Below are positions 49,773-61,365 of a DNA stretch of 64,000 nucleotides, piece after piece; position 1 is the first letter of the stretch; each line of letters begins with the position of its first letter. The position numbers and the translations under genes are program-made. The notes below the pieces were generated by a model. The model was not told where the DNA came from. It did no database searches and saw nothing but the letters and a program-made list of their open reading frames with translations. Origin of the DNA: Podarcis bocagei (Eukaryota); assembly GCA_964188305.1 (NCBI GenBank), contig OZ076895.1. One strand, given 5' to 3'.

Positions 49773-51352
49773 GTTTCATCCAAAGGCATTTATAGGAGCG
49801 AAGAAGACTTTGCCACTGCTTAAAAGATGTAGATGCTTCTGCTAAAGTGGGAAAAGAGGAAGTTGCCTACAAAGTTGGTCCATCGAGGTCAGTATTGTTT
49901 ACACCAAGTAATAATGACTCTCCAAGGCTTCAGATGGGTCTTTCCCAACCCTGAAGATGCCAGGAATTGAACCTGGGACTTTTGCATGCAAAGCAGAGGT
50001 CAGTTGCATCCTTTGAAGAAACATTCCCAAACTTAATTGGAAAAAAATCCTTGGCAAAGCAATAATTAGCCAAGTCATAAAGCAGAATCCAAGACTGTAT
50101 TAAAGAATGGCACTGTAATTTTGGAGTGTCTATTCAGCTCTAAAAGAAGTGTGTGTGTTCTGCAGTATAGCGTGCTTCTGTAATGGAATTACCTGGCCAC
50201 ACAAAGGCACAGTTTTCAGGAGGGGAAACACAGGTAGAGATGTACTAGGTGGGACTGCAGCCATGCAATCACTTTACCATTTCCCATGCAGTATTTTTAA
50301 TCTATAAGCTCCAGCTACACAAGTATTGCACTTCCCATTTTGCTACGAATGATTAGTTCATTGTGTGGGCTAGAGTCAACAAAACCTAGTTCCCTCTCTG
50401 ATTAGAATTGCTATGAGGGCCTTTTCAAAAATAAAAAAACTAAAAGAAAAGACTATGCAGCAAGTACCGGTAATCACCTTCCAAGCCTGGAGAATCTTTC
50501 TATGAGACTGATGCATGGAATATAATAGGGTATTTCTGAAGCTTTTTGCACAGACCATCAAGTTGCTAAAATTATGCTTTTAGAAGTTTAACCAAAACTG
50601 GTTTCATTTTTTAGCCAGTTCTTGCTTAGGGGTGCTAGGTATTATTCTAGTGAGCATTACAATGTCTGAATGATAGTTGATTAAGCTTTAACAGATAGCC
50701 AAGATCAAATGAACTGTTAGGAGCATAATACAAAACAGGGTCTCAGCAATCTTCTTCCAAGATCAAGATGAATACAGAACAGTGAAGTATGAAAACATTC
50801 AGAGCGGTTAATTGGGAGGGATGGGGTGGGAAGAGAAGGAAGGCTGGGTTTCTAGTAACTAGTAAAAACATGATTCAGATTGAAACAGACAATAAGATAG
50901 TAACTGCTAGATTGGATATTAATATCTTGGGTATGTTCCCCTTTGAAGCTGTAAGGTGGCAACAGCTGGAATGCTGTGTTTAAGATTGAGCCAATTAAAC
51001 AAGTTAGAACACAGATAAATAATGTCTCGCATGCCTGGTAGAGATGAAAATGAATTCCTCTTCAAGGCACTGTCTCTTAACAAGAACATTAAATTATACA
51101 GCTGTTCAATTCCGATGGAATTGTTGGAATAGAATTGGGCATTCGGCAATACTGACAAGCAACCTGATAAAAGGAAATTAAAGTGCTTGTCTTCCATAAC
51201 TCAAAACAAAATTATTATTTGTGCCAGATTAGAGATATGTATCTCTGAGGAAGAGAGAAATGATCCCTTATATAAGGGACCCATGGATAAGTAGCAATTC
51301 CCTCATTCCAAGGATAACCCCCCCCTAAAGAAGTATGTGCATGTATCTAGAT

Positions 51353-51522
51353 CAGGAGTAGTCAACCTTTTTATACCTACCGCCCACTAATGCATCTTTC
51401 CTTACCGCCCACCAGTGCTCAATGGATGGAGGATTCAGCTTGTGCCATAGAATGCCCTACCACCCACCTAGAATCCTGAAACGCCCACTAGTGGGCGGTA
51501 GGAACCAGGTTGACAACCCCTG
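51353..51522. mobile_element. hAT (Charlie-like) MITE, 170 bp
   Basis: TIR caggagtagtcaacc / ggttgacaacccctg; perfect 8-bp duplication ATCTAGAT. Confidence 0.9.
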
Positions 51523-51774
51523 ATCTAGATTGTCTGGTAGATAATGCTGGGGAGGGGTCAGAACTGAATGTTGGCACCAATGACAAGCAAAAATGTAGTC
51601 GAGAGGTCCTGGAAGCAAAATTTAGATTGCTAGATAGAATGTTGAAAGGCCCCCAGAATCATCATCTTTTTTTAATGGTAAATAAGGCATTGGGAGTGCA
51701 CAGGCACAGGATAGCAACTCAGAGAGATCAAAGCATGGCTGGCTAAAGACACTCAAAGAGAGACACAGTGCATA

Positions 51775-51925
51775 AACGTCTGTATGCTAATGTTAGAAGC
51801 CTACGAGCTAAGGGGGAGAAACTGGAGTGCTTTGTCTTGGAGGACAGAATTGATACAGTGACCGTAACAGAAATCTAGTGGAATGGAGAGGACCAGTGGA
51901 TATAAACTCTATAGGAAAGAAAGGG
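51775..51925 (+). mobile_element. Decayed CR1 ORF2 endonuclease N-terminus
   Basis: Translates LYANVRSLRAKGEKLECFVLEDRIDTVTVTEI*WNGEDQW then YKLYRKER, typical APE-domain start with a stop and deletion. Confidence 0.7.
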
Positions 51926-52224
51926 AAACACAGTAAACCCACAACTTAGGCTGCTTTTACTTACATGGTTTCAGCTTTGCATGGGTGAGTGGGACAAATA
52001 AATAAACGGAGAGCGGGAAGAAACCCACCCAATGGCTTTTCCTCATTTACCAGGCATTGAACAGGTAACGCAAGGGCTCTGGAAGCAGCCCACAGTCCTT
52101 GTGCCACCTTCCCAAAGCATGGTGGCACTTTCCTTACCAGCCTCTAGGAAGTAAACAAGAGGGCTCTGGAAGCATCCCAAAGGCCTGTAAGGAAGGCACC
52201 ACCTCACTGACCAGGGTCACAGGT

Positions 52225-52560
52225 GAGCACCTCCCCATGATGTTTCCAGACCCTGATAAGCAGCTCTCCACTTTGGGGGTCTTTGCAGACATCTTTGTAA
52301 TGCGGAGTTGGTCTGCCAATGGGCCTGGTGCCTGACACCAGCTCCCAGCAGAGCATGTTCTCCTTGAGGATCCTGCCACCTTCCATTCTGTGGACATGAC
52401 CAAGCCAGCGTAGACGTCACTGAGACAGGAATGCAAGCATGCTGGGAATGTGGGCTTGTGAGAGCACATCTTTGTTTGAGAGACTGCCTGCCATATGTTG
52501 CCCACAATCTTCCTGATGCAGCACATGTGTAAGGTGTTGAGACATACAGCTCAGGGTATA
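52225..52560 (-). mobile_element. Decayed RTE-type LINE fragment (post-RT region)
   Basis: Frameshifted pieces CIRKIVGNIWQ and MEGGRILKENMLCWELVSGTRPIGRPTPHYKDVCK in the minus-strand ORFs. Confidence 0.7.
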
Positions 52561-54390
52561 TACTCAAGTCCCAACAAACCTCTGTCTCAAAACAAGATCT
52601 TTACTTGCTTAAATAGTACAGAGCAATTTTAAACAGTGGGCTTATCAGCACACTTGCTTTCTCCTAGGGATGTGTGAATATGTCAATTTCGGTTTCTCTG
52701 GTTTAGACATTTTCCCCACCCTTAAGTTCAGTTTTCCACATTTGCACATCAGTTTGTAAATTTATGTAAAAATGTCTTCACGAAGTATCTTCAGCATTTT
52801 AGTGCAAATGTCTCCTTGTATTTTTGCACAGCATTTCCCCCTAACATAATGCATTTTGTATGCTATTTTCACCAATATATTTACACATACTATCCTGGTA
52901 TGCATTCTTGAACACATTATTTGGCTGTAGAACCGCATTGCAAAATTCACAAGTAATGGTTTTTGTATGCTAAATTGCAAGTTATCCTATATTTCCTTTT
53001 CCAAAAGTGGCCTATATTGAGATTATGGTAATCTTAGCAGCACAATGCAAACTTTGCTGTCCTCCTGCCAGCAGGTGATGATTTTCCTGTTCCAACAGGC
53101 TTTTGGGAACTGTCTGTTTCTAAGCAAAGGGCTGGTGTCGTGATGTTTTTATTGTAATGATCTGTATGTTTATACACAGAGAGAGAAACATTGTTTTAAT
53201 TCTCTTACATTCAATTGGCTTTTGATTATGGGTCGTTCCCCACCCCCCATGTTTTTAATTGTTCCCATTTTATCTGTAAGCGGTCTTAAGTCCCTATCAA
53301 AGAAGAAGGTGAGATATAAAGAAATAGAAATACAACAACAACAGTTGCTTTGAATACTTTAATTTGCTTCTGCAGGCAAGGGGAGGGACATAGTGTTATG
53401 AATAGCAGTATCCTGATCACTCTACATCCTATTCTGCTACAGGCACTTGCACTATGTTTGTGATATTTCAGCAAGATTGCATGACCCTTTCAAGCTATTT
53501 GCCCACAATTGCTTATTTAGAACTAAGTCCACTTTGTTCAGTGTGGCTTCCTTGCAGGTAAGCATGCAAATAGTTGCAGCCACAGTCTCTTTCTAAACTG
53601 TGGAAAGACAAATCACTTTCCCAAGAGGAGTTATAAATTAGGGGCTTTCCATGCTGCTAGGTCAGCACTGAACCACACATATGGGAAGCAGAATCTGGAC
53701 TAATGAGGTAGAGCATTGCAGAGTTTGTGCAGTGTGCCCTGTATGAACAGTGCCACCTGCACTAATCCTACAAATCCTACAGTCTGATGTACTGAATAAT
53801 ATAAATTGGTGTATCTCAACTTAGATGCAGCAACCCTTCAAGCTTGGAAAGAGGCACTCTCCATATTCGATATATATTTATTATGCCCTAACTATATTGT
53901 GAAACATTACTTCCAAATATATGCCTTCAGGACTACGAAAGCAGATTTAAGACATTGTTTTTTTCTTCTTCCTGCACAAAGAATCCCTCTTTATAGTTAA
54001 CCTGTCATCTGTGAAGTGCCCATAAGTAACACAAGTGTTCCTAGCATTTTTAAAAACAAAACAAAACCCCAAAACCCCCTACTTCTGCTTAAATGTTTAG
54101 AGAGAAAAATAACTAAGAAGGGCTGATGGGAAAAATCCAGTGCTATTATGTTCCAAGATGTGGGTGAAGAAAATATGCAAAATGATACTTACATTTATTT
54201 AGGACTTTATCCCCGAAAGCTCTCAGTAAGTGCTACCGCTATTAAGATGCAAACATCTCATGTCAGCATTTTTGCACTGGGCACTTAAACCAAACTCACC
54301 ACAGCATAACTTGAGTTAATCAATTACAGACTATAGGGGTCACTGAGCATTTTTGGAATTTACAAAATAACTTTTCAAGGGTTGGGAAAT

Positions 54391-54748
54391 AAAAGGTACC
54401 ACTGTCCGTACGGGCCAGTCTTGACAGACTCTAGGGTTGTGCGCTCATCTCACTCTAGAGGCCGGGAGCCAGCGCTGTCCGCAGACACTTCCGGGGCATG
54501 TGGCCAGCGTGACGAAGCTGCTCTGGCGAACCGGCACCAGAGCAGCACACGGAAACGCCATTTACCTTCCCGCTATAAAGCGGTACCTATTTATCTACTT
54601 GCACTTAAGGGTGCTTTCGAACTGCTAGGTGGGCAGGAGCTGGGACCGAACGACGGGAGCTCACCCCGCCGCGGGGATTCGAACTGCTGACCACGCGATC
54701 GGCAAGTCCTAAGCGCTGAGGTTTTACCCACAGTGCCACCCGCGTCCC
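54391..54748 (-). mobile_element. Full-length young Sauria-type SINE
   Basis: Minus strand begins GGGACGCGGGTGGCACTGTGGGTAAAACC, has B box GTTCGAATCC, the gcaagtagataaataggtaccgc core and an ACCTTT tail; CpGs largely intact. Confidence 0.9.
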
Positions 54749-56979
54749 CTAACAACAACATATGGAGCTATTAGTTCAAAAGCAGTAGAAGATCACTGTT
54801 CCTGTTTACTGATAAGAAAGTGAGTGTGCGCAGGATTGCCCTCTTAAACACATCTTACTTTTTGAAATATTTTTCTGTGACTATTGCTTTCTTTTAGTTC
54901 AAGAAAGAGGAAAGAACCACTAGATTTTAGATTAAGATATGTGATTTTTAAAATGTCATAAAAAATCAGTTACACAGCCTTAAAAAAATGTTTTAGGCTG
55001 CAATCCTATAACAACTTACCTCAGCGTAAGTTCCACTGAAGACAATGAGACTTATTTTTGAGTAGACATGCATAGGATTGTACCTTTAAAGTGAAATCTG
55101 ACCTACATCAAAAAACCTATACATAACCATCTTAAAACTGAATAAATGAACCTCTTTCAAATGCTTGAGTTAAAGGCTGGCATGGCTCTATCTATGAGAA
55201 AATATTGACAGAGGTAAAGCATTTAAAATTACACATTGACATATCATAGGTGATATTGTAGTAAACTCTGAATATTTATTACTAATCAGCCAAACAGTCT
55301 AGTCATATGAGCACATCTTTTAGTCTTACTAAACTAACTTTGACTGGGTTATGCCCTAACATTTCAACCTGTTATCAAACTATTTTTTGCCCTGGTGTCT
55401 ATTCTGGACATTTAGTTATTACAAAGAGCCAAACAAAAATTGCCCTGTTTCACAATTGTCTGTTTGTCTTGCTTCCAAGCATGTAGTTCTATAGTGTAAA
55501 AAGTATGTGGATTATATGTCCAAAGTTTTTGGATTATACTTAGGTTGTATAAAAACTCTATTCAGTGGCAAGCAAATTACCTGCTACAGCAACCAATTAG
55601 CATACATGATTTGCTTAGGAAATGTAAGATTTATACAATAGATTTTCCCCCTTACTAAATTAAATCAGTCCACCCTAATCTCAGCAGTGGAACTAAGTAA
55701 CTAGCCAGTCCATAATTTTATTTATTTATTTATTTAGAAAATTTATCAGCCACTTGATCACAACAAAATTATTCAAGTGGTGTACAAATAAAATTACAAA
55801 TTAAGCATAACTAAAACTCACCAACCATTTCAAATCAAATATACATAAAACCATCATTAAAAAACCAAAGATAAAATTAATAAAACTTTAAAAACAGATA
55901 CAACTAACATAATATCTGGATAAGCTTGTTGAAACAAAACACTTTCAGCAAACTTCTAAAAAGTATAGTGAGGGTCTGTGTAGTGTCAATAGGCAGGGTG
56001 TCCTAGTGCACAGGTGGTGCCACATTAAAGGGTCACATTGAAAGCACATATGATTGTTCCAATACTATTACTATCTTAAACACAACTCACTAAAAGAAAC
56101 CTTCTGAAAAATAATGCTCCCTTTACAGCCAGGAAAACCCACTAATCATGAATCTGTGTTGAATAATGACACTAGTGTATGGTTACTTATATTTCCAATG
56201 GAGGGGGCCTATGTAAATAAAAGCTCTAGGGAGCCTGAGAAAACCCCATGAGGGGGAGTCACATTCTTTCTTTTCAGCTAGCCTGATGGTACATTTTCAC
56301 ATTAATAACTTTAGATTATCCTAACATGATACCCTATGGTTATGTTACAGTACATTTGTCCCTTCTATTAAAATGACGCAAAGCTCCTTCATCACCTGGA
56401 TTGCTACTTCATGTAGCGGCTACAATGAGGCAGCTGTCTGATCTAGAATTAATTTCAACAGGGAGCGCTGATGCACACACGCAAAGGAATGTGCACACAG
56501 GTAAATTCCTTCAGCTGAAATGTATAAGAAACCTGAATCTCTCTGTGGCATCGGAGCTCTTGCACCTGGAACAGGCCACTATCAATGACTACATTTTTTA
56601 ATGAATGCATCATGCTAATTATGTTACTTGCACATAAATGAGAATTGTCACTTAGCTCTGTCAGCTTATTTTACATTAACAATTGTATTGTTGATTAATC
56701 ATCTGCCTATTAACCAACAAACTGCTTTAATCTCTTCAAGTTTCCACACAATTCCTTAACATAAACATATGTTTGCAATAGTGGAGGAAGTGTAGGAGAG
56801 CACACAACTTTTTCAGCAAAAGCTACTGTTCACCAAGTATGCTCATAACTTACAAGCTCAAACCAAATAATATTTGCTCACTGATGAATCTACTACAGCT
56901 TTACTTTCTGATATTCAGATGCTGCTTCTCAGTGCTGAGGAAGTCAATTCTGCAGAGTCCATTACTTTTATATCCCATC

Positions 56980-57103
56980 CATGGGCATAGCCAAGGGGGG
57001 CACCTGCCCCCCCCCCCCGATCAAGTAAAACAATAGAAATACTTAACTAGCTGACCAATCACCTCGGTTCTGTCCCCCCCCCAAAGTCCTGGTTACACCC
57101 ATG
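56980..57103. mobile_element. hAT MITE (124 bp) nested in the tail of an older SINE
   Basis: TIR catgggcatagcca / tggttacacccatg; perfect 8-bp duplication ATCCCATC. Confidence 0.85.
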
Positions 57104-57296
57104 ATCCCATCTTTCCTCCAATGAGCTCAAGATGGGGCACATTGTTCTCCTTGCCCCTTTCATTCTCGCAACCCCTGTGCAGTAGGTTAGGCTGAGAGAT
57201 GCAACTGGTCCCAAATCACCCAACAAGCTCTGTGGCTGAGTAAGAATTTAAACCTGGATTTCCCAGTCCTAGTTCAGAACAGTAATTGCCACACCA
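57104..57296 (-). mobile_element. Old tRNA-derived squamate SINE (Squam3/MIR-like); tail continues at ~56965-56979
   Basis: Minus strand tggtgtggc...ctaggactgggaaatccaggtttaaattc...ctctcagcctaacctac...cagggg. Confidence 0.7.
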
Positions 57297-57711
57297 AAAA
57301 ATTCTGCCACCTGGCTCTACTCAACCTATCTCTATTATCAATTAAGATGTACAAGTGGGGCATGCTGTGTCGAGTCTGCCTGTTAAGTCATGCTCTCATC
57401 CAGGATATACAGTTCTCTTCCCTTCCTTCCAAAAGTCAGCCAGCGTTTTGTGGCTGTTCATTATTCAGTGGGTTCTTTCCCCATGCCACACCCAGAGTCG
57501 TCGTTCCTGAAACTTTTTTGTGCTTCTGCAAAAGTACAGAAATTCTCCTAAGCCTGCTGTTACCTCCCTTTTGTGCATGGCTGGCAGCATTTGGCTACAT
57601 AAGGCGCCACAGTGAAATCATTGCTATTAGTGCACATAAAGGATATGCAAAACTCTGACATCCCACCCCTAATATAAGTACTTGTGTCAAATACTGATTT
57701 CGAGTCAGGTA

Positions 57712-57819
57712 CCACAGAGTTGGAAGGGACCGTGAGGAAATACAGTAATAATTTACCCAATGTGGGGCTCAAACCCATGACCCTGAGATTAAGAGGCTCA
57801 TGCTCCACTGAGCTATCCC
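57712..57819 (-). mobile_element. tRNA(Lys-CTT)-like-headed SINE with CR1-derived tail remnant
   Basis: Minus strand ggatagctcagtggagcatgagcctcttaatctcagggtcatgggtttgagccccac; degenerate, not a functional tRNA. Confidence 0.7.
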
Positions 57820-58249
57820 AACTGTGACTGATTGGAAGTTAGGTAGCATTTAACTTGTGTGTTTAATACAGCCGTAGTCCCAGCAAACTTCTGCCAATTT
57901 TAATGCATTATTTATTTCACAGGTATTAAAAGGCCAGGCTTTTTGAGTGTGTCATCTGCCACACTGCTGCAGATTAGCTTAATAAAAGTTAGAATTGGAG
58001 CAGTAGGATGAGGCAGACCCTGTCAGTTCCTTAGAAGACACAGTGCACCTGCATAACATATTATTATTTCAACCTGGCAGCCACAGTGGTGCATCAACCG
58101 CTCTGCTGGCGAGAGCCATGTTTTTGCAAGCCTGATGTAGATTCCCACTGGCATGGCCTTTTTGTCTGTGCTTACTTCGGGAGAAAGGAATTACCGGTAG
58201 GTTCTCCTACAGGGAATCAGGTATTGGCGAGCTTCCTGTCACCTGGGCG

Positions 58250-60150
58250 AGGGAGGCAACGCCGGCGCGGCGAGCAGGAGCAGGAGTCGCGATCAGGTTA
58301 CAGCGGGGAACTCGGATGAGCTCCTTCACACAGGCACCAAGGGCGAGGGAGGATCCTCCACGCCCCTTCACCCATTGTCAGGGCCACCTCGGCAGTTTCC
58401 GCTTGCGCTTCGGCTCCTTTCGGCCGGCCACCCTCCGCCCTGTGGGAGAAAGACGGGGAGCTTCGGCAGCGCCGCCGCCGAGCCTTCCGGGACTCGCTCG
58501 AGAGTTCAGTGCACCAACCGCACCACTCACCTGGGAGAAGCGGCGATCTCCGGCTCCGCCGCCGGCTCCTTCCTGGAAAGAAGCATCAACCACCTGATTG
58601 AACTCCTCGCGGGTCAGTATAGAAACTCTGCTCGGAGTTGAAGCCAAAGCAGGCGGACGAGCCGTGCAGACTTGAGCGGTGGGGTCCGGGGAGAAAAGAG
58701 ATAAGGAGAACTTGCTGCTCATTAAAAGGCAAGAGACTTGCGCGCGCCGGGGAGGTGGGGGAAGGAAACTAGATATATATTTTGCCTGGGTTTTTTTGTA
58801 CTTTTGCAATCGGGATGGGAAAGCAGTAGATCTGCTAACTCCGGCAACTCTGCACCCAGTAAACAGGGGGTGAGAGAGTGATATCTGAAAATATCGGCAA
58901 ACTTATGGGGCAAGCGGGTGTGTGTGTGTGTTAACCATAGGAATCCCTGGATGCATCTGTCCAGGAAGCTGGATGGAACGTTAGAAGCTGATAAGATTCC
59001 CGAGTGGCGGATAAACGGGGGGGGGGGGAGGGAGGGAGAGAATAGCAGAAAGTACAGTAAACTCCAGGCGGGGTGGCGGTGGCGGCTGGGTGTTTAACGG
59101 GAGGGGCCCTCGCTAAAAAGGGTCTGCAGAGTGCAGCTGAGGATGCCGCCTCACTCGCTCCCGCTTTTGTCTCCCGCAGCTGCGAGTGTGTGTGTTTGGG
59201 CGCGCGCGGTGTGTCCTGCTCACCCCCCGCCGGCGCCTCCTCTCGTCAGCCGCCAGCCCACCGGCTTCTGGAAGCTTGTCCGCGCCCGGGAGCGAAGTTA
59301 AAAGGGGCGCGAAGTTTCCCGCAACTTTCTCTCACCCCCCCCCCACCCCGCGCTGGGAATATGGCCACCGGGGGCTACCGGGCCAGCGGCGTCACCACCA
59401 CCACAGACTTCCTGGAAGAGTGGAAAGCCAAGCGGGAGAAGATGCGGGCGAAGCAGGCGCCGACAACAACGGCCGCGGCCTCAGGGGACTGCAAAGCTCC
59501 CGGGGCCGCCGCCGCCGCCAACACTACTACTACTACTACAACTACTGCTACTGCTAACGCCGCCACCACCGCCGAAGTCAACAACAACGGCAGCGGCGCC
59601 GGCACGAACTGCGTCCCTGTGGGCAGGAGCGCGCCCAAGGAGCCCCCGCCGAGCACCCCGGCGGCCGGAGCCCGAGCAGGAGTGGCGGAGCCGCCGCCGC
59701 CGGGGCCCAAAGGCGTCGTGGCGCCGGGCTCCCCTGAGGAGGAGAAAGTGGCGGCCAAGGGCAAGGGCTCGTCCGGCCCCAGCGCCCGGAAAGGGAAAGG
59801 GCAGATCGAGAAGAGGAAGCTGAGGGAGAAGAGGCGCTCGACAGGTGTGGTGAACATCCCCACCGCTGAGGTGAGAGGGCGCCGGGGGGGGGGGGGGAGA
59901 CGGGACCGCGCGCGTGACTGGCTCTTTTGAAACGCAGCCCAACGGACAGCCCAACGGCTCCCGGTGCTGCTGCTGCACCTGATGAAGAGCCCGGCGGCTT
60001 CCTGGGCGACGGTGGCTCCTCCTCCCCGCTCCCTCCGAGGAGCTCGCCAGGGTTGGTTCGACAAGTCAGAAGGGAGGAGGCTGTTTACCTACAGGCTGCT
60101 GCTGCTGCTCCCGGGGGGGGGGGATGGGACTACTTCAGGTTGCAAAACCC
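58250..60150 (+). promoter_or_regulatory. PAWR: CpG island covering the PAWR promoter, presumed non-coding exon 1 and first coding exon
   Basis: Abrupt rise in GC and CpG density against the AT-rich background; exon 1 boundaries not determinable by eye. Confidence 0.8.
59361..59870 (+). CDS. PAWR: PAWR / Par-4 first coding exon (170 aa): MATGGYR...DFLEEWKAKREKMRAKQ...SARKGKGQIEKRKLREKRRSTGVVNIPTAE; likely splice acceptor at 59179/59180; remaining exons lie beyond the window
   Basis: aatATGG start; diagnostic Par-4 N-terminus and NLS/SAC-domain start; GAG|gtgaga donor; PAWR is the known downstream neighbour of PPP1R12A. Confidence 0.96.
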
Positions 60151-60427
60151 GTAAAGTGCCCTGTTCCGGAAGAGTCAGACAAGAGATGGCAGCCTAAGCT
60201 ATGCAAATTGGATCTGGGTGGATTTAAATGTGTAGGAGCAGCAGCAGCCCTTCAGGTGGTTTCTGTGTGGTTTTACCCTTGAGAGAGAGAAAATGGCTAA
60301 ACCATCATTTTGATGTGAACGGAGGTCATGACCACGGATGAATTCTTATGACATTTGTGTGTGTATGTCTATATATAAAAGGGTAAAAAAATATACATAT
60401 GTATATGTTTGTGTATATACATATATT

Positions 60428-60843
60428 CTTTTTTGGTGATCACTCATAGCCAAGTAAGATTGCCTTCCATAAACATGGTTTTAACAGTGAGTCCGTAAGT
60501 GACTGTGGAGGCCAATTCTGGATCCACACGTTCTTCCACAGTGGGGACATTGGTTTTCGAGCAGGAGTTGATCACGGTGTGGATTTGCCAAGCGTGCCTT
60601 CCTCTTAGCACGTTTCTCGCTTGTGTCCTTCGAGTGTCTTCAAAGCCCATAACACCTTTGGTAAAGGCTGATCTCCAATTGGAGCACTCACAGGCAAGTG
60701 TTTCCCAATTGTTGGTGTTTATACTACATTTTTAAAAATTTGCCTTGAGACAGTCTTTAAACCTCTTTTGTTGATGACCAGCATTACGCTTTCTATTTTT
60801 AAGTTTGGAATAAAGTAGTTGCCTCGGAAGACGATAATCAGAT
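60428..60843 (-). mobile_element. 3' fragment of an RTE-clade LINE in the PAWR intron
   Basis: DYRLPRQLLYSKLKNRKRNAGHQQKRFKDCLKAN, then C2H2 finger CPHCGRTCGSRIGLHSHLRTH read on the minus strand, then short 3' UTR and A-rich tail. Confidence 0.85.
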
Positions 60844-61184
60844 ATACATACTGTATATACGTGTGTATATACACGCGTATATATGGTTGGGGGTTGTCGC
60901 CCTTCAGATGCTGTGGGACTAAACCTCAGATCATTGGTCATGCTGACTGGGGCTGATGGGAGCTGGAGTCTTAACAGTATATTGAAAGCCACAAGTTCCC
61001 CACCACTAATCTACTGGAATAATATGCTTATAAGGGTTTTAAATAGTAAGATGTGGTACCCACTCTGCTGCGTATTTTGGTATTGGTAAGTAAAGCGACT
61101 GTAGCTCCTGACAGAAACTGATTTTTCTATCCTGACATGCAGGGGTAAGTTCCAGAGAAATGAAGGGCTTACTTTGGGTAAGCT

Positions 61185-61365
61185 TAGGAACATAGGAAGC
61201 TGCCTTGGTACCAAGTCTGAACAACAGTCCATCCTGGTTCAGTTTTAGCTACACTGACAGGTAGCCATTTATCCAGGGGTTCCATCAGGGAATCTTTCCC
61301 AGACCTACCCAGAGGTGCTGAGGATTGAACCTGGGACCTTCTGTATGCAAAGCAGATGCTGCAGG
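61185..61365 (-). mobile_element. tRNA-headed, CR1-tailed SINE; more decayed relatives at ~5420-5550, ~10420-10510 and ~49850-50000
   Basis: Shared ggattgaacctgggaccttctg(c/t)atgcaaagcag (B-box reverse complement) and ataggaagctgcct tail. Confidence 0.65.

Noticed and set aside
59073-59360. 96 open codons upstream of the PAWR ATG (possible non-AUG extension)
   Set aside because: Starts at a GTG that is probably intronic (acceptor at 59179); conservation begins at MATGG; openness is expected from GC content
59375-60064. 229-aa and 165-aa antisense ORFs over PAWR, plus ORFs at 58086-58913
   Set aside because: Stop-poor CpG-island sequence and shadows of the PAWR codons; no independent coding signal
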